Positions 1 through 11,659 are shown, counted from the stretch's first letter. The stretch is 64,000 bases of DNA from Eledone cirrhosa (GCA_964016885.1 OZ024743.1:262632001-262696000), one strand, 5' to 3'. The notes: generated by a model from the letters alone, not told the origin. Program-made: numbers and translations.

Positions 1-173
1 GCCAAAAGTAGAAACAATTATTACTATTATCTTTTTAGACCCTCATTGATGTACCGGTTCATAACAAGATGATATGGTTTCTCCTCCTCCTCCTTCTTCT
101 TCTTCTTTTTCTTTTTCTTTTTTTTCTTCTTCTTCACCCACTTATTCATGAAAAGGTTGTGGGGGAAGAGTCC

Positions 174-625
174 TCAAACACTCCTTCCAGTGGGTCCTGT
201 AGGAGGAACCACTTCGAAGCTCATGGATGTTATCCAACCATTTTGCTCAGGGTCTACCTCTGGGTATTGAACCAGCTGGTTGTGCTCATAATATCTGTCC
301 ACCAATTCTTTCCTGAGACATTTTAACCACATGCCCATAGTATTGGAGTTATGATCTCTCAATTTCAAAGAAGTAGCGGCTCTACCTGGAGTGACTCTCT
401 GATCTCCAAGCTATGCACTCTATCACGTAACATTACTCCAAAGACCTTTCGGAGGAACCCCATTTCAGCTGCTTGTATTCTTTTGGTCCTTACCCACGAT
501 TCATGACCATAGGTAAGGGTTGGCACAAATACTGAATTGAAGATAGCAAGTTTGACTTTTATACCTATCTGCCTTCTTCTGATTACCAAATGGTGAAGCT
601 GGCACATTACTGCACTTGCTCCTGC
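174..625 (-). mobile_element. Decayed RTE-type LINE 3' fragment
   Basis: Translation KVKLAIFNSVFVPTLTYGHESW...IQAAEMGFLRKVFGV...EIRESLQVEPLLL is the post-RT region typical of RTE-clade ORFs. Confidence 0.75.
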
Positions 626-859
626 AATTAAATGGTTCCAAATGATAATCTTTTTTTCTATCATAACAGTTAATAGCAAGAATTGAATGTAAACAGAGTT
701 GTCCCATAAGAAAATATATTTATACATACTTTGAGATAATGTAAATATTGACATAGTAACAATGTCTCCAAGTATCAAAACCAGTCTCCACCAGGAAGAA
801 TACAATATTGATTCTTTTGATTACCATGTTTCTAATTACATACACTATATTTCAATTAA

Positions 860-1050
860 TTAACTCTTAAATTTAAACCGGCTGTATCCAGCTACAATTT
901 TCTCACCTGTTTCTGTTCAAACTGGCCACTTATACTGATGTTAAGGCATTGTTCTCAAAATAAATAATTTCAAAGTCTCATAGATTCAATATTATGTGAA
1001 ATAATTAATATAATATTATATATAGAGTAATGCAGTTACTAAAGTATTAA
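860..1050 (+). mobile_element. Decayed copy of the piggyBac-like MITE family
   Basis: Internal sequence TTCTGTTCAAACTGGCCAC..ATACTGA..TTGTTCT shared with 29143-29358; degenerate TTAA ends. Confidence 0.6.
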
Positions 1051-1059
1051 TGAAGAAGA

Positions 1060-1460
1060 GAAATGAGTGTAAAAGCCAAACTTATCCTCAATTCAGTTTT
1101 CGATACTACCTTTACCTATGGTCATGAATCTTGGGTAATGACCAAAAGAATACAATTGCAAATACAAGTAGTCAAAATGGGGTTCCTCTGAAGGGTCTTT
1201 CTTCCAGATAGAGCCATTACTTCACTGAATTGAAAGATCACAGCTCTGATACTACACACATTTTGTAAGCACATCTAAAGAAAGAATTGCTGGACAAATT
1301 TTGCAGGTAAAGCTAACAGGCAGGAGACCCAGAGGTAGACCAAGAGCAAGTTTGTTGAATAACATCCATAAACTCTGTTGGACTTGCTTGGGGATCCAGC
1401 TGGATCATTTGTAGATGGTTGTGTCTGATAGGACCCTCAGGAACATATATTGAAAGGCTC
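1060..1460 (+). mobile_element. Decayed RTE-type LINE 3' fragment, same family as 174-625, opposite orientation
   Basis: ACCTATGGTCATGAATCTTGGGTAA matches the reverse complement of 490-515; RRPRGRPR-like motif at about 1322-1345. Confidence 0.7.
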
Positions 1461-1476
1461 TGCTCTCATGACCCTC

Positions 1477-1707
1477 TGGATTGGCAGTATTGGTAGAGCG
1501 TCAGACACCCTGCTTCATGGCATATAGTTATGGTCCTTTATGTTTTGAGTTCAAATCCTACCGAGGTTAACTTTGCCATTCATCCTTATGGAGTCGATAA
1601 AATAAAGTACCAGTATCGCACTGGGGTCGATTTAATCAACTTTTTCGCTTCCCTTCAAATTGCTGGCCTTGTGCCTAAATCAGAAATCATTATTATTATT
1701 ATTATTT
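1477..1707 (+). mobile_element. tRNA-derived SINE, family 1
   Basis: A-box-like TGGCAGTATTGG, B-box GAGTTCAAATCC, central CATCCTTATGGAGTCGATAAAATAAAGTACCAG, (ATT)n tail; at least 6 copies in the window. Confidence 0.8.
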
Positions 1708-1875
1708 GCTATCTTAAAGATTATTACATTGGTGTATGTATATGGTGACAGAGAGAGAGAGAGAGGGTGATAGGTAGATAGACAGAGAGAGAGAGAGAGA
1801 CACACACACAAACAAAAAGAGACCAAAAGATAGACAGTTGGACAAAAATAAAGAGGAACAATATTTGATAAAATA

Positions 1876-1940
1876 TCTTCTTCTTCTTCTTCTTCTTCTT
1901 CTTCTTCTTCTTCTTCTTCTTCTTCTTCTTCTTCTTCCTT
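1876..1940. repeat. (TTC)n microsatellite
   Basis: Direct reading. Confidence 0.95.
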
Positions 1941-2219
1941 CAAGTTTTATTTTTTTAAAACAACTTGTACATATAATCAATATGATTTAAAAAATTAGTC
2001 AGAGAGGTAAACACGTTTTTTTACATCAATTTTCTTTATATACAGTCTGTATTTGTAAGTTGGCTAAATGTAAACACAGAAATGTTTTCATTATGCCTTC
2101 CAGTTTCATGTTGATAATGAATAATATCAATCAAGATAATGTCAGATTTTTTTATAGGAACATAATAGATATATAGATAGACAGATGAAGAAGACAGATA
2201 GATAAAAATAAGAAAACTT

Positions 2220-3000
2220 GCTGTACAAATAAGAAATGTGTAATATGTAGAGTAAGTCCACAAAAAAATTATAAAACTAGAAATGTAGTCTATGGAATAT
2301 GATGTACCTGCAGAAACAGGATAATGATGTATGTAGGAGAGACAGCCTGTAGCATAAGAAAGGATAGATGAATACTGGAGTGAACTAAAAGGACAAAAAG
2401 ACAAATCAGTTCTATATAAAGATGCCAGACTAAAACATGATGGTAAAATAGACAACACAGAAGTTAAAATAATATCTAAACATAGGAATGACTTCACACT
2501 TAGACAAATTATGTAAGCTACAAAAATAGAATTAAGAAAACCTAGGCTGAACAGAAAACATGAATGGAGTAGCAACAACCATACACAAACACACTAGTGA
2601 ACAAAGATAGAATATGAATATACACAGATGCAACAACAACACCCACACATCATCTCAGACACGAACACATGAGCACACACCAAACAGAATACACACACAT
2701 AAACACATACACAAACAGAGACAAAAAAAAAAACGTTATAGTAACACAATGGGAGGAAATCACTCAAGATGTCACAGAAAAAATATGTGTGACAAAAGAA
2801 CTTTGAGAAATTATATTTATATTTATAGTTTTAACTGTTGGTCAATCAACGATAAACATTGGTTGCCAGATAAATTATTTATAAAAATACAAAGATATAC
2901 TGCACTGAAGCGAAAATCAAACCAAATAGTGAGTGTGTTTTATTGTTATTTTTAGCAATATTAGGACAACATGACCCTCCCTAAATATAACAATAAAATA
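2220..3000 (+). mobile_element. Old decayed PLE, same family as 33271-35208
   Basis: Residual coding KTRNVVY..YVGETA..SVLY..KPRLNRKHEWSSN; 3' end CAACATGACCCTCCC..TATAACAATA matches 35179-35208; degenerate hammerhead at about 2760-2806. Confidence 0.7.
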
Positions 3001-3501
3001 AAAATAGACAGATGAAAAGGAAATTTGCTTCTGCACATGTGAGGTTTAACCTCATTTATAGGAATTGTGTATGCATATTTTATATGTGAAAATATTTGGT
3101 TTTGCTTCAGCACATGTGTGCAATACAGCTGAGACAACCAGCCAAATGTATGTCACATGGTCATACATTTTATATAGAGAGATTATATAAGAGATTATAT
3201 TGTATTATATATATCATCATATCATCATCATCATCACCATCATCACGTTTAATGTTCATTTTTTCACATTAGCATGGGTTAGTCGAGTTGTCTCATTGCT
3301 CATACAGAACTGATTTTGGCATGGTTTCTATGGCTGTATGCCTCTTCCTAATGCCAACCAGATTTACAATGTGTACTGGGTGCTTTTTTGTCTTGACAAC
3401 CACTATACAGTGTGGGCTGGGTGCTTTTTGCTGTGATTCCTACTTGACCACTTTACAGCATTGGCTGGGCGATTTTTGTCATGTCATTTACATGACTACT
3501 T

Positions 3502-3757
3502 TGTGGTTAGAAAGAGCTATCTCACTTACCGCTTTTCACAGGCGCCGCTAAATTCCACTGCAGGTACTCCTCTTCCACGTGCGTCCGACTGCTTAACACC
3601 GGGAGCTGCCCAAAACTTGCGTCCACACCGTGTGCTGGTCACCACTAGAGAGAGGCCCTCTGCTGGCCCTTCCGGTCGAGCATCCTTCCGGCCAAAAACC
3701 CCTTCCGGTCGAGCACTCCCCCCGCCTCCGGCCACCGCACGCCACACCATACCCCCC
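3502..3757 (-). repeat. 3' LTR, about 255 bp
   Basis: Direct repeat of 7033-7245; ends in CCACA next to the TSD. Confidence 0.9.
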
Positions 3758-3766
3758 CCCCTGATC

Positions 3767-6643
3767 TCAAGGATCAATTTCCCCCTCGTCCCTCTGCATA
3801 TGAAAGTCTGCTGTCCAGGTCGGTGGTCTACGACTTCGTTGCGATCTTCGTAGTATTGGGGCAGAGCTCTGGGTTTCCACCTCATCTTGGGTTTCCTCTT
3901 CCTCGGAGTCCGTCGACACAGTGATTCTTCTTACATCCAGGACATGACGTGGTACCCCGTCCACGGACACATTGTTCTTTGAATTTACGGCCGTCACCGT
4001 TCCCCTTCCCCATTGAGATGTGCAACGTGCATCTGGGGGCTTAACCCAGACTTCTTCGCCCACCTGCACGAATGAACTCTCTCTCCCCACTGGCCGTTGT
4101 GGTGGCGTGCACAGGTGCCGCCACTCGTATTTGAATACTGCTCTATGTGGCACCGATTCCTCGACCTGTCCAACCCGAGGGGACATATTGTACCAGAACA
4201 CTGCCTCCATTGGTGAGATATGGCCCCGCTCCGCCATTTCCTTGATCGTCCGGTGGTGTCGCGCCACGATTCCATTCCCGCTCGGCCTGTGCGCCGCTCT
4301 GAAGAAACGGTCCACCTTCCATCCATCGAGCATCTCCCTCAGTGCCTCCGAGCGGAACGCTGCGCTGTTGTCCATCAGCAGTTCATCCACAGGGCCCCGC
4401 TCCAAGAACACCTCTCTCAACGTCCGCACGATTTCCTCGGCCGTTCCAGTCTTCATCTCCCTCCATATTGCCATTCGACCTGGTCCACAGTCGACCATCG
4501 AGAGGTACGTTCCCTGCCGGTAGTGCGTCACGTCCACCGCTAATCGCTTCCAGTCGCGATCTACCGGGAGGCTTCCCGTTTCGTGTACACCCGGGGCGGG
4601 ATCAATGGACTGACATCGGATGCAGCCTCTAACCACCCCCCGAACACTGTGTCTGCTAACGTCCGAATCGATTCTCCTGGCTAGGAACAGGCTCCTATCC
4701 ACCCCCATGTGGTGCATGTCATGCAACCCCTTCAGGTCTAACTTGGTCAGCCGACACACGGCAGCTATCTCATCCTCCACCTCCTCCAGCGCTTCCATCC
4801 AGGCTTTCTTCACTCTAGTTAAGATGTCTGCCCTATTTTTCTCTGAGGGCACGAACACTGCGCTCAGCTTCAGGTCGAACTCGGTGGCCAGCTCTCTTAA
4901 CGTTCCCAGGCGGCGCTTTATCAGCATCTCCGCCGCGCCTCTCGTTCGCACTCTCTTCTCACTGGTGAGCACTGATCTTACCCATCCGAGTACGGTAGCC
5001 GAGTCGGTGCGTATCTCGATGGTGCGCAGCCCCCACCGCAGGGCGAGGTTCACCCCTCTCAACACCGCGTCCAGCTCGGCCACATTGATGTGGCTGCAGT
5101 CGTCCTTCTTTCTAAGCCAGGCTGCATCCTCGACCTCAACACCTCCTATCTCCAATGTGACACCCAGCGCTATGCTGCTGGCATCGCACCATACGGTCCC
5201 GCTCTGTGATTTGGGAACATACCAGCGTCCCCGCACTGGGTCGTCGGCCTTCACCCTCCCCACGATCTCCTGCATCATGGCCACCGTTCTCTCTCCCACT
5301 CTGTCACTCCAAGTCACCCCTCCCGCTCGTCTCTTGACATAGCTGTATGCCGTCCGGAGCCACCCAGCGATCGGGTAGTGACCCACCAGCTTTCCACACA
5401 CCGAGAAAAGCTCCCGCCTATTCATACTTGGGCCCAGTTCCGGAACTTCGTTTCCCCTCTGGAACACCAAAACGCCCGTCTTATTTCGCCGTAGCCTAAG
5501 TCCCAGCGCGGCTCCTCCCTCCAATGCTTCTGATGGCTTCGCAGTCAGTCCATACCTCCGCAAATGGCTCGTGACCACCACTGTCGACACCACCGACTCG
5601 TCCACTAGGATGCCGTCAATATAGGAGTTAGTAGCCCTCTTTATTTTGTCGGCCCTCCCCAGAGCGGTCTTGAGGACTGCCGCCATGATCTTCGGTGCAG
5701 AGCTCAGCCCGAAACCGAGCCTGGTCAGGCAATATGTCCGGCCCTTATACCTGACCAGCTGATACCGCCAGAGCTTCTCATCAATATGCAACTGCAAGTA
5801 AGCCGACTTTAGATCCACGATCGCTGAACCCCCCATCATGCGTCTCCACTCACGCAGGGTTTCCCCACAGACATCCGTGACCTCGCCACCCGTGTGGCAT
5901 GACACGTGCTCGTTCAGCTCCCGATAGTCCAGCACCGACCTCACCTTGCTCTTCGTGGGTTGCACCACCGCCATCAACGGCAATACTCCGCACTTCACCT
6001 CCTCCTTCCAGGGAAGCAGTATGCCCTCTTCGATCCATCTCTCTACTTCTCGCTCGAACTCGCTCCTAGCGTTTCCCTTCAATGTGTGTTGATAGCAGCC
6101 CACTTTGGTCTTCAGTGTTGGTGGTTCTCCCTTCCAGTACCACTCAACAACCCATCGCTGCCCATCAAACACGGCCTTGAAGTCTTTGTCCTGTATAGTG
6201 TAAGCGGGGTATTCCTCCTCGTGGGCCTTCTGGTTCTCATGACGTGCACTCACAGCGCATACCGATGCAGCGGCGCCAAACGACACACCGACATTGTTCA
6301 CCGTGACGCCCCCTAGACGGCCAATCGCGTCCATGCCCATAACCACGCCGATCCCATCCACCACACTGTCTACCACGATGGCGGAAAGCCTTATCGTCCT
6401 TCCCTGTACCGCTATTTCCATCTCGCTGCGACCTCGGCATTCAATTTTCCTGCCGTCGACTGCCCTTACGCTGCTCTTCCCTCCCCACCTTTGCGCCACC
6501 CCCGCGGTCACCAGTGTCGTCGTACAGCCCGTATCCACGAGGGCTCGCTGTGGCTTCCCCCTCACGAAGACTTCCACCACGGGCAGCGCCGCTACTCGTA
6601 AGGGGCAACTACCGGCGTAGTAGTTCCCCTTGGATCGTTTCCC
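3767..6643 (-). CDS. pol: Gypsy Pol (protease-RT-RNase H-integrase), open but catalytically mutated
   Basis: ALVDTG protease; VDLKSAYLQ, LGFGLSSAP, YIDG (normally YIDD); WCDAS..AEL..TDS RNase H; HH-CC zinc finger; D-D-(E to A) integrase; frame open back to the slippery site at 6643. Confidence 0.92.
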   Translation of the reverse strand, partial: GKRSKGNYYAGSCPLRVAALPVVEVFVRGKPQRALVDTGCTTTLVTAGVAQRWGGKSSVRAVDGRKIECRGRSEMEIAVQGRTIRLSAIVVDSVVDGIGVVMGMDAIGRLGGVTVNNVGVSFGAAASVCAVSARHENQKAHEEEYPAYTIQDKDFKAVFDGQRWVVEWYWKGEPPTLKTKVGCYQHTLKGNARSEFEREVERWIEEGILLPWKEEVKCGVLPLMAVVQPTKSKVRSVLDYRELNEHVSCHTGGEVTDVCGETLREWRRMMGGSAIVDLKSAYLQLHIDEKLWRYQLVRYKGRTYCLTRLGFGLSSAPKIMAAVLKTALGRADKIKRATNSYIDGILVDESVVSTVVVTSHLRRYGLTAKPSEALEGGAALGLRLRRNKTGVLVFQRGNEVPELGPSMNRRELFSVCGKLVGHYPIAGWLRTAYSYVKRRAGGVTWSDRVGERTVAMMQEIVGRVKADDPVRGRWYVPKSQSGTVWCDASSIALGVTLEIGGVEVEDAAWLRKKDDCSHINVAELDAVLRGVNLALRWGLRTIEIRTDSATVLGWVRSVLTSEKRVRTRGAAEMLIKRRLGTLRELATEFDLKLSAVFVPSEKNRADILTRVKKAWMEALEEVEDEIAAVCRLTKLDLKGLHDMHHMGVDRSLFLARRIDSDVSRHSVRGVVRGCIRCQSIDPAPGVHETGSLPVDRDWKRLAVDVTHYRQGTYLSMVDCGPGRMAIWREMKTGTAEEIVRTLREVFLERGPVDELLMDNSAAFRSEALREMLDGWKVDRFFRAAHRPSGNGIVARHHRTIKEMAERGHISPMEAVFWYNMSPRVGQVEESVPHRAVFKYEWRHLCTPPQRPVGRESSFVQVGEEVWVKPPDARCTSQWGRGTVTAVNSKNNVSVDGVPRHVLDVRRITVSTDSEEEETQDEVETQSSAPILRRSQRSRRPPTWTADFHMQRDEGEIDP

Positions 6644-7032
6644 TGGTCGCAGTTAGTAGCGATGTGGCCTGGTCGCTTACACCGGTAGCAAATTATCTCC
6701 GGCTTCGACTCTCTACAGTCTCTAGCGATATGCGGGCCCTGGCACCTAAAACAGCGCCCCCTAAACTCACGCGGACGGCCGCGTGTCGAGGTTGCCTCCC
6801 TTTCACCATTTCGCTGCCAGGTGTCCTGAGCCTCCATAGTCGCTATCGCTGCAACACTCTTTTTGGCATCTTCCGCTATGATCCGGGCTTGTTCCACCAG
6901 TGAACGCATTTCCATCTCTTTATACCCCGGGACTTGCTGCAGTTTCACCGCTATGTCGTCCGGAAATCCATTGATGAACGCCAACCGCACCGTGCGTTCG
7001 CATTCCGCCTGGTAACCGGCCAACATAGCCAA
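6592..7032 (-). CDS. gag: Gypsy Gag C-terminal part with two zinc knuckles
   Basis: CFRCQGPHIARDC and CYRCKRPGHIATNC. Confidence 0.88.
   Translation of the reverse strand: MAMLAGYQAECERTVRLAFINGFPDDIAVKLQQVPGYKEMEMRSLVEQARIIAEDAKKSVAAIATMEAQDTWQRNGEREATSTRGRPREFRGRCFRCQGPHIARDCRESKPEIICYRCKRPGHIATNCDQGNDPRGTTTPVVAPYE
6601..6643 (-). promoter_or_regulatory. -1 ribosomal frameshift signal
   Basis: G GGA AAC in gag frame, 6-nt spacer, hairpin AGGGG-AACTAC/GTAGTT-G-CCCCT; pol is in the -1 frame. Confidence 0.8.
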
Positions 7033-7245
7033 CCGCTAAATTCCACTGCAGGTACTCCTCTTCCACGTGTGTCCGACTGCTTAACACCGGGAGCTGCCCA
7101 AAACTCGCGTCCACACCGTGTGCTGGTCACCACTAGAGAGAGGCCCTCTGCTGGCCCTTCCGGTCGAGCATCCTTCTAGCCAAAAACCCCTTCCGGTCGA
7201 GCACTCCCCCTGCCTCCGGCCACCGCACGCCACACCATACCCACA
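7033..7245 (-). repeat. 5' LTR, last about 43 nt deleted together with the PBS and 5' gag
   Basis: 5 substitutions versus the 3' LTR over the shared body; fused directly to the gag C-terminus. Confidence 0.9.
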
Positions 7246-7828
7246 TACTTTACAATGTGAGCTGAGGACTTGGGTGTGGAAGGTGTGTGGGGATTGGGGA
7301 GGTAGATCTAGGAATATATAAGGGTTGGAGTGTTATGATGTGGGAGGTGTACGGAAGGGATGATTTAGAGGAAGGTGGTGCATACTAGATGTAAGCTTGA
7401 ACCTGTGCTCATAGGAAGGCAGGTCTTCTATGTTACTGTATAATGCCAAAGATCTCAGGTTCATTTATGCAAGGTCAGCTGTTATCACTTCATCCCAAGT
7501 CTTCCTAATCCATAGCTTCCATCAACTTTGAGCCCTCTGCATTTTTTTTATTCAGCTGTCATCCTTCATTTGCATCCATACCGGCACAATCTCCTCTCCT
7601 GCACATTGTATCTGACCCCTCTTATGCCTAGTTTGTCTCTCAGTGCGTTTATACTTTGCCATTCATGCATGCAAACTTCATTTCTTTCCAATCTAACACT
7701 TAAACATCTCAATGAAGCAATATTATATACTAAATTTAAGTGAGAAATAGGTTATTTATGGGAGTACAAACCAGATAGACAAAAAAAAAAAAAATTATCT
7801 AAACTTGCTTATATAAAGATCTCCCTAC

Positions 7829-7918
7829 CATGGTTTCGTTTGCAGAAGGATTCGTATTGGAACCACCAGTAATTGAAGGATCCACAATACTCTTCAGGAG
7901 TGTTAAATTGTTCAAAAG
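7829..7918 (-). other. Candidate 90-nt host-gene exon
   Basis: TTTTTTTTAG acceptor, G|GTAGGG donor, unique sequence, two frames open. Confidence 0.4.
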
Positions 7919-8156
7919 CTAAAAAAAATAATGATCAAGAAATCATACATGCAGGCAGTATGCTTAACAAAACGCTCGTTGTGTTATGTGATAAAAAATC
8001 TCCTAACATATTAGGACTATGTGCCAGGCTTATAATGCCACTAGAAATAGCCATGTATAAGTATATCAATGTGTACAGACACGCAGATATATTGCCCTTG
8101 GTATGACAGTGTGGTTTTAGCTCAATGTAGGATGACAAGTACACTACAGAGCCGTT

Positions 8157-8252
8157 ATAAGTTTAGGAATAACCAAAGAGTGCTTAGAAATATATTGTTT
8201 TATTAGCTAACAGTGTATTTCTAAGCACTCTTTGGTTATTCCTAAACTTATA
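8157..8252. repeat. Near-perfect inverted repeat (about 44-bp arms) next to (TA)n
   Basis: TATAAGTTTAGGAATAACCAAAGAGTGCTTAGAAATA and its reverse complement. Confidence 0.85.
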
Positions 8253-8269
8253 TATATATGCATATATAT

Positions 8270-8503
8270 AACAAAGAAGGTGTGGTAAGATACCAGGTGG
8301 ACCATAATGCACCAGAGTTCTCGATACTTAGGGTAGTAGAGTGGGTAATAGGGGAAGAGTGAGGACCTTGACGGCTGAGCTCCGACTGTTTCGACATCTA
8401 GATCTGAACTAACCCCTTACATCCTTACTAAGGGCTTAGTTTGGATCTAGCTGTCGAACGAAACGGCCGAAGCTCAGCCATTGGAGTCCTCACTCTTCTC
8501 CTG
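8270..8503. mobile_element. Fold-back small element in (TA)n (family also at 19455-19575 and 22070-22270)
   Basis: Shared GGACCATAA.GCACCA.AGT.CTC.ATACTTAGGGTAGTAGAGTGGGTAATAGG; internal inverted repeat. Confidence 0.7.
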
Positions 8504-8714
8504 CATATATATATATATATATCATCATTTCATTTTACGTCCGCTTTTTCCCTGCTTGCAAGGGTGGGACGGGAACTGATTCTGGCTTGATTTCTACAGC
8601 TGGATGCCCTTCCTAACACCAACCTCATTTACAGTGAGTGCTGGGTGCTTTTTTGCCGTGGCACCTGCACGACCACTTTGCAGTGGAATGATATGGACCC
8701 CAGTCCCTATCATC

Positions 8715-8855
8715 TTATTCTACAGCTGAGTAAACTGGAACAATGTGAAATAAAGTGTCTTGCTCAAGGAAACAACACATCACCCGGTCTGAGAATTGAA
8801 CTCACAACCTTTCGATTGCAAGGCCAATGCTCTAACCACTAAGCCATATGCCTCC
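8715..8855 (-). mobile_element. tRNA-derived SINE, family 2
   Basis: On minus: TGGCTTAGTGGTTAGAGC..GAGTTCAATTC..CCTTGAGCAAGACACTTTATTTCAC. Confidence 0.75.
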
Positions 8856-9148
8856 ATAATCATACATATATATATGTATCCAATGTTTGAAGTTTGTCAC
8901 TGAGGAAAAGCAAAATAAATCAGAGGAAATATATAAAGCTAGAAGCCAGCATAACAGCCATCCAGCAAGAATATACAAATAGTTACAGACTATAAGTGGC
9001 AGTGAAATTTGATTTGTGAAAACTCAGCATATCTTATGTTTCATACTTACAATTGTCATTTGTGTAGCTTACAGAGATTATTAGGATTCTAGAAATGAAA
9101 TAGGCTTCAATTACATTTAAATACATATGTATGTGTCAGTGTTTGTAC

Positions 9149-9231
<83 letters not shown>

Positions 9232-9699
9232 GTGTGTGTATGTGATTGTGTGTGTTTGTATGTACATACATATATATGCGTGTGTATATATGTATACATA
9301 CATGCATATGTGTATGTGTATGCTTGTGTATTTCTATATATAACAACAATGCTTGGTAAAGTTGGAAAAGTGTCTTAATGATTCAGATGCTAGTCCTTCA
9401 TTTGCAGATATAGAAAGAAAGAAAAGGATGGTTGAGAGGGAGAAGGAAAAGGAAAACCAATGAGAATAATAAAGAAAATGATGAAAAGAGTAAATAGGAG
9501 AGAAAGTATGTTATTAATAGTCAGCCCTATATATATTTGTATATGTATATTTCTGTAAATTTAAAACAGCCTCTCTTTTATACATGTTATATTGAAAGCA
9601 CAATTGTGTCCCAAGTTTTATCTTTTTTTATCAAGGATTTTCTTTTCTATTTCTTGCATTTTCCTATGGCACTATGTTCTGCCTAACACCAACCACTTT

Positions 9700-11600
9700 A
9701 CAAATATTCTTTAGACGACGTGTATTTGTGTATTTATGACTTGCAAACATATTCAGAAGAATACGAATGGCTGGTGCATGTTTGTACAATCAGCTCCAAG
9801 AAAAATGCGTGATGTCGCTCTGCATTTTTCTTGCCGGAGTGTCTGTGTTATTTTTATGACGTCCGTTTGTGATGTCAGAGCTATCACACCACAGGTGTTG
9901 CTTTACTACATATATCCCTCCTCCAGATGACCAAGAAACAGGTGTGTGTGCAAAAGAGAAAGATGGGGGTGTATGTGAGCATCTGTGTGGGCCCGTTTAA
10001 GTCTATCAACCGCAATGGTCTCTCTGGATCCCTTAATGTCTACAGTGAAATGAAATGTTTATCAGAACGAGCTAATACACGGTAGGGTCCAGAGTACGGT
10101 TGTGTGAGAGGTGGTCTCACAGCTTCGTTTCTTACGAACACATGGGTCCACGGGGCAATATCTCTCGGGACTGCAGATTTTACAGTTTGTTTCCTCATAT
10201 CCATCGGCGGCAGGTCCTGAAAATAAGAACGCAGATGGGATACGTAGGAAAGCGGATCTTGTGCAGCAAGATCGACAGGGGCAAGCATTTGCCCAGGCAA
10301 CGCTAGAGGAGCACCATACAATAATTCGGCTGGGGAGAACCCAAGGTCCTCCTTTATTGATGACCAAATCCTCAACAACACAATAGGGAGGTACTCGCTC
10401 CAACGCGTAGAGTCAGAAGTCCGTAGAGTGGCTTTTAGTTGTCGGTGGAAGCGCTCCACCATTCCATTAGATGCAGGATGATATGAAGTTGTTCGGATGC
10501 ATTTAGCACCAATGATGTTCGTCAATTCGGAGAAGAGATTCAATTCGAACTGTCTTCCACGGTCCGTTGTAATCGTAGTTGGCACTCCATCCTGATACTA
10601 GGGCACGCACTGTTGTTTCAGCAGTGATGTCTTTAAAGGGGATGGCTTCAGGCCATCATGAAAAACGATCAATAACAGTCAATAGATAAGTATGACCACC
10701 AGTGACTGGCCAAGGTCCCACGATGTCCACTTGAATGTGCCGGAAATGGGCGTCCGGTGTACTGAGCTTTACTGTGGCAGAAGATCCTGGGTGGGAAATG
10801 CTGTGTAAAGCAAGAAATACAGTACGGCGATGGTTTAGCAGGATGAATGGTCTCAGTGAATCCCCGGAAACGTTGTAGAGAATCTGTCCATCTGCGGTGG
10901 GCAATGGCAGGTATTTCAAATTACTCGTCGCAAATTCGGCTGATGTAATATCCAACGATTCCAGTGCAGGTTGGTCTGCTGCCAAGTGATTTAAATCGAT
11001 GTCGTGGGATGACGCAATCGAACTGATCGGCAATCGAGACAGGGCGTCAGCCGCTGTGTTCAATGAGCCTGGAATGTTTTGGATGTCGTTTGTGAATTGC
11101 GAGATAAAGTCGAGATGCCTTGTTTCTCTGGGCGATTACTTATCGGACTTTGCCCTTAAAGCGAAGGTCAAAAGTTTATGGTCAGTATAGATTGTAAAAC
11201 ACCTTCCTTCGAGCATATGTGATAAATGTTTCACAGAAAGGTAGATGGGTAACAGCTCCCGGCCAAAGGTGCTGTAGCGAGTTTCTGCAGGCTTCAACTT
11301 CCTGGAGAAAAATTCCAATGGTTGTTGGTGATCATCACTACTCTGTTGTAAAACTGCACCCACTGCAGTATCCGACGCATCAACACAAAGCGAAAGCTTG
11401 GCATTGGACACTGGGTGGGCCAGCAAAGATGCACTAGCCAATGCTGATTTGGCTTTTTGAAAATCCTCGAGCTGAGTCTGAGTCAAAGAGATTTCCTTGT
11501 TCTTCTTGCGGCAATTTTTCAGAATCTCAGTAAGAGAGAAGAGTAGATTAGCACAATGCGGAACAAAACATCTATAGAAATTTATCAGTCCTAGGAATGC
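9700..11600 (-). pseudogene. Second, decayed Ty3/Gypsy (RT end, RNase H, integrase, probable 3' LTR)
   Basis: [63 protein letters not shown]; stops and frameshifts; purine tract then TGTAG at about 9910. Confidence 0.88.
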
Positions 11601-11659
11601 ATATATATATATATATATATGCATATATATATATATATGCATATATATATATATCTATG

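Larger units (their letters stand above)
3502..7245 (-). mobile_element. Ty3/Gypsy LTR retrotransposon, internally deleted
   Basis: TGTGG...CCACA termini, 5-bp TSD TACTT (3497-3501 and 7246-7250), direct repeats 3545-3754 and 7033-7242, G-rich PPT before the 3' LTR, gag plus pol. Confidence 0.95.
3213..7705 (-). mobile_element. RTE LINE 3' fragment split by the Gypsy insertion (pieces 3213-3501 and 7246-7705)
   Basis: (CAT)n tail at 3213-3246, 3'UTR repeats ACCACTTTACAGTGTG, ORF-end remnant about 7480-7700; continuity restored across TSD TACTT. Confidence 0.7.

Noticed and set aside
1477-1570. A-box and B-box sequences as tRNA genes
   Set aside because: No cloverleaf; they continue into a SINE body and tail, with TSDs in other copies
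3994-6903. Antisense and alternate-frame ORFs over Gypsy pol (also over the RTE and L1 ORFs)
   Set aside because: Shadow ORFs of GC-rich coding sequence with no motifs
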